From Phyllosticta citribraziliensis (taxonomy: Eukaryota): 64,000 nt of DNA. Under the pieces are notes generated by a model. That model had not been told where the DNA came from, did no database searches, and worked only from the letters and a program-made list of their open reading frames with translations. Each line of letters begins with the position of its first letter. Position 1 is the stretch's first letter. Position numbers and translations under genes: made by a program. Shown here piece by piece: positions 1-11,478 of this stretch. Where the stretch lies: positions 1,612,001 through 1,676,000 of the forward strand of contig NW_027117341.1 in the NCBI RefSeq assembly GCF_038025025.1, read 5' to 3'.

Positions 1-147
<147 letters not shown>

Positions 148-596
148 GCTGTGGGTCTTTTGGGGCGCGGCATTAGAATGCTGTTTGTCTGTCGGTCTGG
201 ATGTGGGTGGTAGAATGCCATTCCCATGTGTTCGCGCACTGTCTGTTGTTGGCGTCTTTCGCATGCATGTATCAGTAACCACACCACGATTCTGGTACTA
301 AACACTCTCCGTGAGCACTTACCTACCGGCATATTTGTGCCAGCCAACCGGCCACTCGTCTCGTCACAGACTCCCCGTCTCTCCATGGCCGTACGAAAAG
401 GTAGTGGAGACGAGAGGAGAGAAAGGGGGAAGGAGAAGCTTCAGTGTGATGGAGGAATCTGATCTACATATGCAGGCAGTAGGTACATGGTAGTGATGCA
501 TCCTCTATCCCATTCAAACGTGGCTAAGTGCTGCTATTCCACCCCTTCCACACCTCACCCCCTCACCCCTTCATTCCCACCCCCTTCAACCTCACA

Positions 597-2778
597 CTAC
601 CCCTCAACCATCCTAATCCGCCCCTCCAACCGCGGCGCAATAGCCTTGGTCCAATTAACGACAAACTCGCCCTCGCGCAAATCATCGCAGAGCGCCGGGT
701 GCCCCGGCAGCCCCGTCAGCCGCCACCACTTGCGCATGACGCGCCGCATGATGGACAGCTCGCGCTCGCGCTGCTGGACGGCGGCGGCGGCCTCGTGCGA
801 GGCTTTGGCGCTGTTGGTGCGAGGGCGGTGGGGGGCGGCGTCGCCGTGGCCGTTGGTGTTGGTGGTGGTAGGTGGGACGTCGTTGTCGGTGTCCTCGTCG
901 TCGGTGCCCGTGTCGTCCGTCTCGCTCTCCGCCAGGGGCGTCTCGGCGCCCTCGGGCCGCGTGCCCAGCGGCGTGCGTCTGCCATCCGCACCAGCATCGA
1001 CCGCACCCGCCGGCGCCTTCTTCGCGCCATTGGCAGAAGCCAGCAGACGCTCGACGGCCTTGGCGCCGGGCCGCTGCGGCTCGAGGTGCGGATGGTGGTT
1101 GGAGATGCGCTCCTGGACGCCGTCCCAGTGGCGGCCCATGGACGGGCCCCACTGCTTCCACCGCCCCAGCACCTTGAGCGACATGAAGTACTGGCGCAGC
1201 ATCATCGAGATGAGGATGCCGTTCTCCTCGGACACGATCTCCTTTGCCGCGCCGCCCTCGGCCTCGATGAGCAGGTCGTCGTAGCCGTCTTTGCCGCGCG
1301 CCATGTAGCCGCGCGTCACGAGCGTGTACTCGCGCTCCGCGTCCAGCGGCGCATGCGCGATGGAGATGTCGGAGACGCGCGAGCCGGGCGGCTTGGACGG
1401 GTTGAATGTGAATTCGATGTTGGAGACTTGCGGGAAGCGGCCTTCGAGGGCGGGGTATTTGGAGACGGAGTTCTCTAGGGCACCTGCAATGGCTGAGCCC
1501 GTTACCTTGATGACGACTACGGGGTCTTCGAACGGGAAGCTGAGCCGAGTTAGCGAGGACTGTGACGCCGTTGGGAGCATTCGTACCAGTTCATGATATC
1601 CTTTAACCGCAAAATACCAGGAGCGTAGATCTGATCGCCTCGAATAGTTCCTGCGGCCATGATGGCGCAGTCACCCGAGTATGTGTAGCGCATCAAGTCA
1701 CAGACAAAGTTTCCAATGTTGGACTCTCGCGTGCGGACAGTGGTGAAGCGCGCGTCCAGGGGAGCAGCCGTGTATCCTATCGGCTTGTCCAGCTTGGCCT
1801 TGAGCTTCGCCGTCAGGCCCTCGACGACCTTGATCGTGGGCTTGTCCTCGGGGAGCGACGAGACGACGTCGCGCCGCACAATGTTGAAGTCCCACTTGCC
1901 GCTGCCGTCCGTCTTGCGCCATGCCTCGAGGTAGCTGAGCTGCTTGAAGTCGCTGCCGGATCGGAGCACGTGGGTGCCATTGATCAGCGAGTGGTTGTAG
2001 TAATGGTCGTGTCCGCCGAGGATGATGTCAATCAGCCCCTCGGTCTGCTTGGCCAATTTGTTGTCATTGGGCTCCCTCTGGTGCGTTACGGCAACGATGA
2101 TCTCGCAGCCTTGCTCCCTCAGCCCCGGCACGTGCTCCTTTGCCGTCTGCGTGGCCGACTTGTAAATCAGGTTCGGCGGCAGCGAGTTGATTGTGTCCAG
2201 CCATTCCTTCTCTCCCAGGCCAATCACGCCAATCTTTATGCCGTTGGAGCTCGTGAGGATGGCAGTCTTGGGAGCATTCGCGAGCGATTCGCCCTCTCCC
2301 AGGTCCGGATCGAGTACGTTTGCGAGCAGCCAGGGGAACTTGCACTGGCCGGTGAGGTGGCGGTACTGGCGGATGCCAAAGTCGAGGTCGTGGTTCTGCA
2401 TGCACGTTAGAATGCTCCCAAGGTGCCAAGAAGCATGAAGCTCTGGAGCAGTCGTACCCCAATGCATGCAACGTCGGTGCCTATCCCATTGAGGATTGGG
2501 ACCATGTGCGAGCCCTTTGTGACGGAGCTCTCCAAGCTGGGGTTGAAAGCGTCGCCTGAGAAGAAGGTGACGAGCTTGGGCTGGTCTTGGAATTTGGCAT
2601 CATCCCGGTAGTGGTTCACGAGCGACTGGAACCTGGCAATGCCTCCAACCGGCTCGGCGGAGGAGGGTTCGACGTGGTACACGTCGTTGTAGTGCACAAA
2701 GCGCAGGTCCGGAGGAGCATCGTGGGCGCCGCTGGAGTGGGTGATGACGTCTTCGGCGGTGGGGTTTTCGACGGACAT
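597..2778 (-). CDS. 5'-nucleotidase family protein (calcineurin-like metallophosphoesterase plus 5'-nucleotidase C-terminal domain), no signal peptide
   Basis: Motifs YNDVYH, SGDAF, GNHDLDFG (spliced), GGHDH, RESNIGNFVCD, GTIRGD and GRFPQVS. Introns 2396-2457 and 1540-1586 join three ORFs in frame. Confidence 0.92.
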
Positions 2779-3361
2779 TTTTAGGAGGAGTTAAAATGAG
2801 TTGAGGGGGGAGCTAGGGAGAAGTAGAGAGAAGCAGGGGTAAGAGTAGAATAGGCGAAAGGTATAGGAGACGGTGGACTGTTGTCTGACCAGAGCCAGGA
2901 TACGGACACGGGCGGCCTTGGCTGGCAGGTCGAGCGAATGGAGCAGCCATGATTGGACGAGGGAGGGCGGAGGGCTGCAGAGGTGGCTGAGCATCAGTCA
3001 AGGGGACGAGGAGCTTGGGTACGGCGAGGCGAGGGCTGGAGGTGGTTTTCCTTTGCTTGAGCTGGAGCTTCTGATGGGTCTCGCCGTTGGCCGACGCGGT
3101 GACGTTTGCCCCTGGCTGCTGGCCAACGGCGTCTCTGCGATTTTCGCCAATCCCGTGTCAGCCGCGCTCCGACCACACTTTACATGTCTTCATTGGTTAC
3201 TCAATCAATCATCTACTTGTTTATTTAATTATTTATATTTACTTGCTTCTACTTCTCTTTTCTCAAAACAAGTACTGTCAAAAGCCCCAACGCCGACGCT
3301 CTATTCATGCAACATAACCTACCAAGGCATGCGACCAAAAGATCAGAAAGCAATCACAAAT

Positions 3362-5433
3362 CTACGCCTCTCTTTGGTCAATGGTCCAGCGCCGCTTAGG
3401 CCCCGGCACGCGCTCGTTGCGAGAGCCAGTCGGGAGACTGCCCCAAAGGCCGTGTTGGGACATGGACCGACCGATCTTGGGCGGCAGTTCCTTGACATCG
3501 TCTACTGCTTCGGCCATTTCATTAGATTCTTGCTCTTTAATCTCGTCTTGCTCTTTAATCTGGTCGTTCTCTTTGATCTTGTTCTCGTTGGTCTTTCTAT
3601 CTTGTTCGCTTAGGGAAAAGTCCGTGTTGGGCGTGTTTGTGCCGGTCGACGCCGAGTCGTCTTGCTTCATGCGCTTGCTCCAAAGGCCGATCGAGGGCGT
3701 GAATGTTGGACTCTCGGGTGTGCTACGGCCAGGACTTGGCGTGTAGCTCCTCGTCAGGTTGTGGATGGTTGAGCTGCGGCGCATGCTCCCAAGAGAAGAG
3801 CTCGTCTTACGAGCGGGCTCTCCAACGCCATCGCCCGCAACTGCGTTGACCGAGTAACGTCTGTCTCCAAATTGAGCCATGGCCTGTGGAGCGGGCATTG
3901 GCCCTAATCTGGCTGGATCTGCTCCCATGCGCAGATGCTCCGCAGAGGCCACAAGAACCATGTCATACTCATCCGACAATCGCGATTGGCCACCCGAAGT
4001 CTGCCGCCCCAGAGATGGAAATGTGCTGTTGGTCGGCGACATTGGATCTTCCTGCTCAGGCGCATCCTTTCGCACAGCCATTGTAAGCGACGCCATGCCA
4101 ACATCCAGAAGAACGGGCTGGTTGGTAAGGGCGCCAATCAAGGCATTGCACCCAGCGCCGTGAGTGACCAACACCAAAACCAGTTCTTCGTCATCTTCTT
4201 CGAGATCGTCATGAGTTTCAACCACTGCATCTTCCGGGTGCTCCGCAGCGTTGTGTGTCTGGTACCATTCCACCATCTTGGTCAGGCCACGGCGGAAGCG
4301 CTTGTGCATGGAGCTCCACTCTTCGGGCAATTGACCACCATCACCCCATTCATGCGGCTCCCGCATACTGTCCCACTGGTAATCAATGTCGACGCAAGCA
4401 TCCCGGGCATGTGCGACGTATCCTCGAGGGATCGGCTCGGCAGGGGAAATGGCATATGAAGGGATTGGCGCCCTGTAAGTGCTCATGTCGGACTTGGAGG
4501 GAGCTGGTATCGGCGCCGCTCGCTTGCGGGTGGAATGGCTGGAAGCGCTGTCTTGACTGCCGGCACGGTCACGAAGTGGGAGAGCTTGCGCGAGGCTACC
4601 CAGTGCCGAAAGTGATCCTCCACGTCCATGGTTTGCTGCGTCTGAACCCCAGCCGCCAGGGAAATTTCCGCTCCGAGAATTGGGGCGAGAGTCGACATAA
4701 TCGCTGCGTCGAAGAAGCTCGGCCTTGGCTGACGCAACCATCATGGTCGAAGGAGGCGGGGGTGTGATTGACTCGTAGTAGTCAGGCGAAAGCCATTCTC
4801 CCAGGAACGCATCGATCCTCAAAGTGGTTTTCTCGATTTCCTTTTTCAAAAGAGCCTTACCGAGGACATTGCGCGTAGGATTGTCCTCAGCCTCGGGAAT
4901 TATCTTGGGGTCGGGAGGGTTGCCGCCGTTCGCTGTCGCCAAAGTAGCCCGTCGCCGATGCGGGGAGTTGCTCCGAGAGAGATTGGGACTTGGAGCATTT
5001 GAGGAACCCTTTCCTTGGAATTGAGCAATGCCGGAGCAAATGGCCACCGAGGTCTGCACGCAGCGGATGAAAGGCGAGCTGTGAACGACGACCTTGTATT
5101 TGCGAGGCTTTTTCTTGCCGCTAGGACGAGGTTCGGCAATATTTCCATCCAAACTGTGTGAACGGCTGTGGCCTCCGTATTCCTCGTCGGCCTCTTGGCG
5201 CGCATCGAGGATGCTGGCTATGCGGGTTCCCAAGGCTCGCGATTGTGACCATCCACCGTAGGTGAGAGGCGGGTCGTAAGGCGTCGGAGATGTGAGGTGC
5301 CAGGTCTTGTCGGCGGCATCGAGGCGGGCGCCGTGTCTGGGAAGCGGATAAATGGTTAGAAATGTTGAGCACTCGCAGGCGGATGATAAAAGACGTACCT
5401 GGCGATGATGATGACGGCGGGAGACCGAGGCAT
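3362..5433 (-). CDS. Histidine phosphatase / phosphoglycerate mutase-like protein
   Basis: Spliced N-terminus MPRSPAVIIIAR|HGARLD...DPPLT (intron 5337-5398) gives the RHG motif. Also SSPFIRCVQT and LVTHGAG. Confidence 0.9.
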
Positions 5434-6927
5434 GGTCGTGATCCAGGATGAGGATGGACGATGGGGCGAGGGATCAATCGACGTCTTGTTGGCGGGTATT
5501 TGCAGAAAGCATCCAAGAGTGTCTAGCTAAGAGGTTGAAATCTTGGCGCAGGGGCAAAGTCAAGAGCTCCGGTGTTTCGGAAACACGGCGGAGGTGCCGA
5601 CGGGATGGACGGCGGAGGACGAGGTCGGAGTAGCGATGGACTGAGCGAGGATTTTACCTGGTAATCTGCGCAAAGAGAGATGCGAGGGGGGAGTTGGAAG
5701 AAAGCACCGGGTGAAGGCAGAGAAGCCAAGGTAGAGAAGTGGCCGAGTCGAGTCGAGTCGATGCGAGAGACATTTTTGCACTAGGTAATGTAACTCGAGC
5801 CGTGACGCAATCCGGCCATCGGCTTTCAAGGGTCCACAACGGTCGCCCAAGGCTATTCCTCCCTCTGCCCCGTGGTTGGCTTCATGTTTGTACATCTCAG
5901 CATCAATGAACCATCGTCGACGGCCCGCGCCTTCTCGCGATCCGGTCAATTCGCCGCCGACGGGAGGGCGGGACGCCCGAGACGGTCATGGGTGTTTCCA
6001 TTCCCGCGTCATCTACCTAAACCTTGCTGTACTGCTCCACCCACAGCACCAGGCCGGTCCGTTCCTTGTCCCCAGCTCCAGCCCATGTCAGGTCTCCACC
6101 AGCAGACCCTCTTTGTTCACTGTGGGGCCATGGCTGTTTGCATCCATGATCCATCCGATCGAGATACACCCTTATACATGCAAAAGTAAAGATGCGTGAC
6201 CATTAATGGCTACGCGCAGTCATCTCAAAATAGTCTGTCCCTCGAGTTGACCGAGCAATGGGACAAACCTCTCACGCCACGCCGTCATTAGACCAGCTAT
6301 CCATTGTTTCTGCTCCCATTAGCGTACCACCTATGCGCTAGCCCGACCACAGCATCTGGTGACTGCAGCTCCATCATCATAAAAACACGAGCCCCGCTTT
6401 GCCTTGAACTGGTTAACCCGAGTGTTTTCAGTCGCCCTGCTCGTCAACCAAACACTGCTGCGCCGTGTTTCTGCATCTCGTCCAGGTCCGACGGTCCATT
6501 TGGAGTGCTCATGGTTGCTGTCCATCTTTTTGGACAACGGGTCGGCCAGAAGAAGAAATAATTGGCAAGGCGTCGAATGACAAGAGCGTGCGGGCGAGCT
6601 GCAAGGCCACACCAAATGTGTCCCATCATCCGACCCGCCGCCTGGCCTGGCTGTGTGCCGTGGACCGACATTTGACATCCACCTCTCCCACCCTCATGAG
6701 GCTGACCAACACCTGCCGTCCACGCCTGACGTGCATGCTCCTCGTCGACGCCCGAGTTGCTGAGGGCGCCGTTTGCTGCTTATCCCGCAATCTCGACAAT
6801 GACCGGCCATCGCCTGCCCAACTCGCCTGCTGTCGCCAACCCCAACATCAGCCCGCCACGTAGGCGCTGGCCTACCGTTACTTGAGCCCCTCTCCGTCTT
6901 CCCTGCTGTGCCTGCTCCCCTTCCACC

Positions 6928-7737
6928 ATGCTATCCTATGTCATGGATCCCGAGTCGGCGCCAAACTGCTGCATTTGCAACAAGCCAGCCGTCCGCGGTC
7001 AAGAGTGCTCCTGCGAGGCCGAGCGCCTCGAGTTGGCTGTGCGCCAGGCCGAGCAGAGGTCCATGGAGAAGCGCTTGGAAGAAATACGGTATTTTCATTT
7101 CTTGCGTGTGTACTATTCTAGATCGCAGGCTAACGAGTAGCGCAGAGACTGGGTCGTCAACCACTCGCGCACGCACATCCTGCAAGCGTTTGAACGGCTC
7201 AGCTCGCGCCGCAAAACCGCGCACAACGCGTACCTCTCGTCGCTCCCCTTCTACTCCATCTACGTGCAATACCACGGGACGCCGCCGCTGCACCCGACGG
7301 CGCTCAACACGCTGCGCGCGCAAATCGCCGAGGCAAACGCGGAGCTCAAGCGCGGCATCGACAACGACTGGCGCCTCTCGGTGCTGCGCTACCCGGAGGT
7401 GCTCGACTACTTTTACGGCCTGGTCGAGCTGGGCCTCCCGCCGGACCGCGACTCGAGGGTCGCGCGGCCGCCCTTCGCCGTCGCCGGATACGCTGACCAG
7501 GGCTTTGAGGGCGGCAGGCTCGGCAAGGCCCCGTCCGTCAAGAAGAATCTTCGCTCCTCCGCGAGAGATCCCACGCCCGCGCCGCCCCGGCCGGGCATGC
7601 GGCGGAGGGACCCGCCTGTCCAGCATGGCGGCGGAGTGGCTGTTGCTAGGCCGAGGAGACCTCCTGTCGCGCCGACTCCTCCTGGTGGTGCACGCGGGCC
7701 GTATGCTCCATACGACGAACGGCAATACTATCGCTGA
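6928..7737 (+). CDS. Hypothetical fungal protein with N-terminal Cys cluster and Pro/Arg-rich tail
   Basis: ATG in CCACCATG context. Intron 7089-7145 (GTATTT..GCTAAC..CAG) joins ...RLEEIR|DWVVNHSR...GIDNDWRLSVLRYPEVLDYFY. Coding-like GC3 bias. Confidence 0.78.
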
Positions 7738-9630
7738 GCAACTGACGGACGACTGGTGAGATGCGTGCAGAGCAGAGCGCGCATCAAGACGAAGATTTCG
7801 GCCGCTTTTTGGCGGACGATGGAGGACTGCGCCAGCTCCACGATTGACGACGGTGGTCAAGAAGACACGAATGAACGGCCGATTCATGACTTGCATGGTG
7901 GCGCTCCCATCTGTCCCATTACCTACACCTTTTCTGTTGCAAGGCTTCAATGCTTCAGTCTGTTAGAACAACGCGCCGAGCCATGAGCCATCGATTGCGG
8001 AGACACCATCCAGACAATTGATCCATAATCTTCTCCGTGTCGCGTTCATTTCCAAAGATTTGCTTCACCATCCTGGCACAGACTTGCCAACACGAGAAGT
8101 GAGAAAAGACTATCTAATTGACCCGTCTGCAGCATACCTTAGCTACATGGTCAAACAAAGCATCCTGATTGCTTTTCTATAGAATGCGAATGCGAGACTT
8201 GCGCCATCTTGCCTACATGTAGCAATCTACGTTCCCGCACAACAGCCAGACCACACTTCCGCAGTACATCATCTATGTATGGGATATCCTTCACCTTACC
8301 GTCACTTACTTACTCCAACGCAAGTAAGCAAGTAAGCGACTAGTAACAGATCCATCTCCCCCTATCTCTCCCTGATCCTCTCCATAACTAATCCCTCCAA
8401 CTTGACTCCTTCTTTAAACCCACCACCACTCCACCGTCTCTCCGCCCTCAGTGCTAGAAACCGTCTGGCAGCCCCACGGTAGCAATCCTTCCTACCCCGC
8501 TGTCGCTAGTCGGCTCGTTGATTTGTGCCGCGTACCATTGTGCGTCAAGTCAAGCTCCTCAGAATTACCCGCGGCATCCTAGCCACAGGGCGTGAGACAG
8601 CATTGTCATGTTGAAGCTGATTGCTTGAAAGGTAGGTAGTTCGTCGATCATGCCATCCCCTATATGCAGCTGTAGCGGTATAGGAATGCTCCTTGGACGC
8701 ATTCATGTTGACAGAAGACATCGTCTGCACGAACGCATGCCCTTAGCCCTACCGACATGTACAGCGGATGTCTATACCTTACTTATATCACAGGGCGGCG
8801 CGCATATGCTGCTGTCCTTTCTATGTTACCCACACCTCCTCTACCATTACCACGACCATCCCTTCATCCCTACATCCCTACTCCCGCCCCCCAAACCGCA
8901 CTAGGCACCTCCGCCCCGCCGTTGTTTGCCTGGGTAGGTCGGCCAATGGACCCCTCCTCCTCCCCGCCTCCGCCTCCGCCTCCGCCTTGCCGCCTCCGCT
9001 GCTACTCCCTCTGCCAATTGCCTGCCTCAAAGACCCAAGACTTATTATCCGCCCCGCACCGCACCACGCGCCGCCAAGCATTTCGATCCGTCTGAACCGG
9101 CTAATCGGCTGGCGAGGCAGACAGGCGTATTTCAAGCTTTTGCGTCGCTCGCTGTCGGCTGCCATGCATGCCTCGCAGGGCGCGAGCTACGATGGTTGAT
9201 TGTTCGCGTTCAATGAGTTAGAAGTGGGAGTAGAAGTCTTAGGTAGGGAGGAAGCATGTGTCGATTGGTTGGTTGGAGCAGACGTGATGGATGGCCATTT
9301 GCTATGAAGTCGGACAGAAAGCGAGGCCGAGTACCGAGTGTGTTAGGTATGCGTGGATGGCGTGGATGGGTGGAGGAGGTGTTGGTCGCTCGTCAATGGG
9401 CGTTGCCTTATATATCCATGTAGCTTGCTGCCTTTGCGCACGCGCTATCTCTTCCCGCTTGAGCTCTAGAGCAGCTCTGTCATCTGAGCGCTGCTTGAGA
9501 CCTATTCAGCTATTTACATACCATTGAGCTCCCGCTCTCTCTCTATACGGCTCTTCGCAGCTCTGGCGTTCAATCGCAAGCACGCAAGCAACCAAATCCG
9601 CCAGCAGTTCCACAGCTTGCCGCAAACACC

Positions 9631-10772
9631 ATGGCCCCGCCTCCACCACCCCCACCCTCGGCTATTCAAGTCGTCGACGTCGACGGCGGCCCCACGCACA
9701 CGACGACTCTGCAGCCCAAGAACGCTCCAAAGATAGACCAGCGGAATGACCATGCCCAAGACGCCCCCGACAAAGACGGCAGGGACGTCTATCACGGCGG
9801 CGCAGTGGCGCATCCGGGAGAGCAACCACGCGCCGAGGACAAGAGTGCATCGTACCAGCAGCTGAATGAGCGGCAGTCGATTGGCGTACCGCGGCCGCGC
9901 GTGTTCGAGGACAAGCACGCTGAGCGCGCGTACTTGAAGCAGCGACTGGCGGCGGCGTTTCGAATCTTTGGGCTGCAGGGCTTCGATGAGGGGGTTGCGG
10001 GGCACATTACTGTCAGGGTGAGTACACATAGCTAGCAAAACCATCAAGATGTGCGCATCGTGGGAGAGATGAGGTAACGGCTGACGACGCGCAGGACCCC
10101 GTCAACCCCGAAACCTTCTGGGTGAACCCGTTCGGGCTCGCCTTTAGCCAAATCACGTCGTCGTCGCTGCTGCACATCTCGGCGACGGGCGACATCCTGC
10201 CGTCGCCGTCGCCGTACCAGCTGCTCAACACGGCCGCGTTTGCCATCCACGGCGCCATCCACCGCGCGCGGCCCGACGTCGTCGCTGCGGCCCACAGCCA
10301 CAGCATCCACGGCCGCGCCCTCTGCGCGCTGCAGGTGCCGCTCGACATGCTGACGCAGGACTCGTGCGCCTTTTACGAAGACCACGTCGTGTATCCCAAC
10401 TTTGGCGGCGTGGTCATGGCGACGGAGGAGGGCAAGCGCATCGCGGAGAGGCTGGGCCAGAAGAAGTGCGCGCTGCTGGGGAATCATGGGCTGTTGACCG
10501 TGGGCGGCACCATCGAGGAGGCCGTGTGGTGGTTCGTCGCCATGGAGAAGTGCGCGCGTGTTCAGCTGCTGGCGGATGCGGCGGCGGCGGGGAGAGGCAT
10601 CCAGACGGTCAAGATTGGCGATGAGGAAGCGCGGTTGACGTGGACCAGCATTGGGTCGAGGATTGCCGGGTACTTCAGCGCAATGCCGCTCTTTGACGTG
10701 GTCGAGAAGGACGAGGCGCAGGAGTATATGGACGAAGGCAAACCGTGGGTGGGCAAAGCGGAGGGATTGTAG
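9631..10772 (+). CDS. Class II aldolase/adducin domain protein
   Basis: EGVAGHITVR|DP across intron 10018-10094. Also FWVNPFG, AFAIHGAIH, AHSHS and LGNHG metal-binding motifs. Confidence 0.92.
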
Positions 10773-11478
10773 GCGGTCCAGCTGCTTTGAATTTCTCGTT
10801 GTCCGCGTGTAGGCACATTTTGGGGGATAGGCATTTGAATTGTCGTAGTTTGAGTGGTGCCGGCAGTCAGTGTATTTGCCGTAAACGCTCCCTTCACATG
10901 CACGCTGAGCTTACGTCTGGGGAATCCAGATGGGGCAAGTGTACCCGTCGTGGGGGATATCTCCATCCAGTTCTTTTCCAACCACTCAAACAACCTTCTC
11001 ACCGGTCTCGTGCGTCGTGGAGTTTTGTGGGCTCATGATGCCGTTCAATGTTGGCTGTGGGTTGTGAGTAGACATCGCACCAATGGTTTCAAGTCGGCGT
11101 GGATGATACGGCGCCGATAGCGCGGGGCAAGGCTATCGCATGCGGGGAGCCGACTTCGCAGCGTGGTGTTGACTTTAAAGGCTGGTGTAGACGAGAGGAA
11201 TCGTGTACGGTAGGAGGATGCGTGCCGGCGAGGAGGCCGATGACTAAAGGGCAGGGCAGACGGGCCGATGTCGGCGGGTTGCCCGCCCGCGCGCCTGCCA
11301 TGTCGAACGCGCCCTACGCCTTCCCGTTTGGGCATAATGACTGGCCGGCGCCTTGGCCAACCACACAGGTCCCTGTCGCCTACAGACATGCCCTGACTTT
11401 CATCTGCCCTCTTCGTCTCGTCTCGTCCCATCCTGTCTTGTCTTGTCAACAACTGACATCTCGCGCCCTTTGCCCTCC

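Noticed and set aside
487..1478. Long antisense or alternate-frame ORFs over GC-rich genes (also 6931-7950, 37928-38950, 40106-41185, 49738-50892)
   Set aside because: Shadow ORFs caused by high GC3 on the real coding strand; no recognisable motifs.
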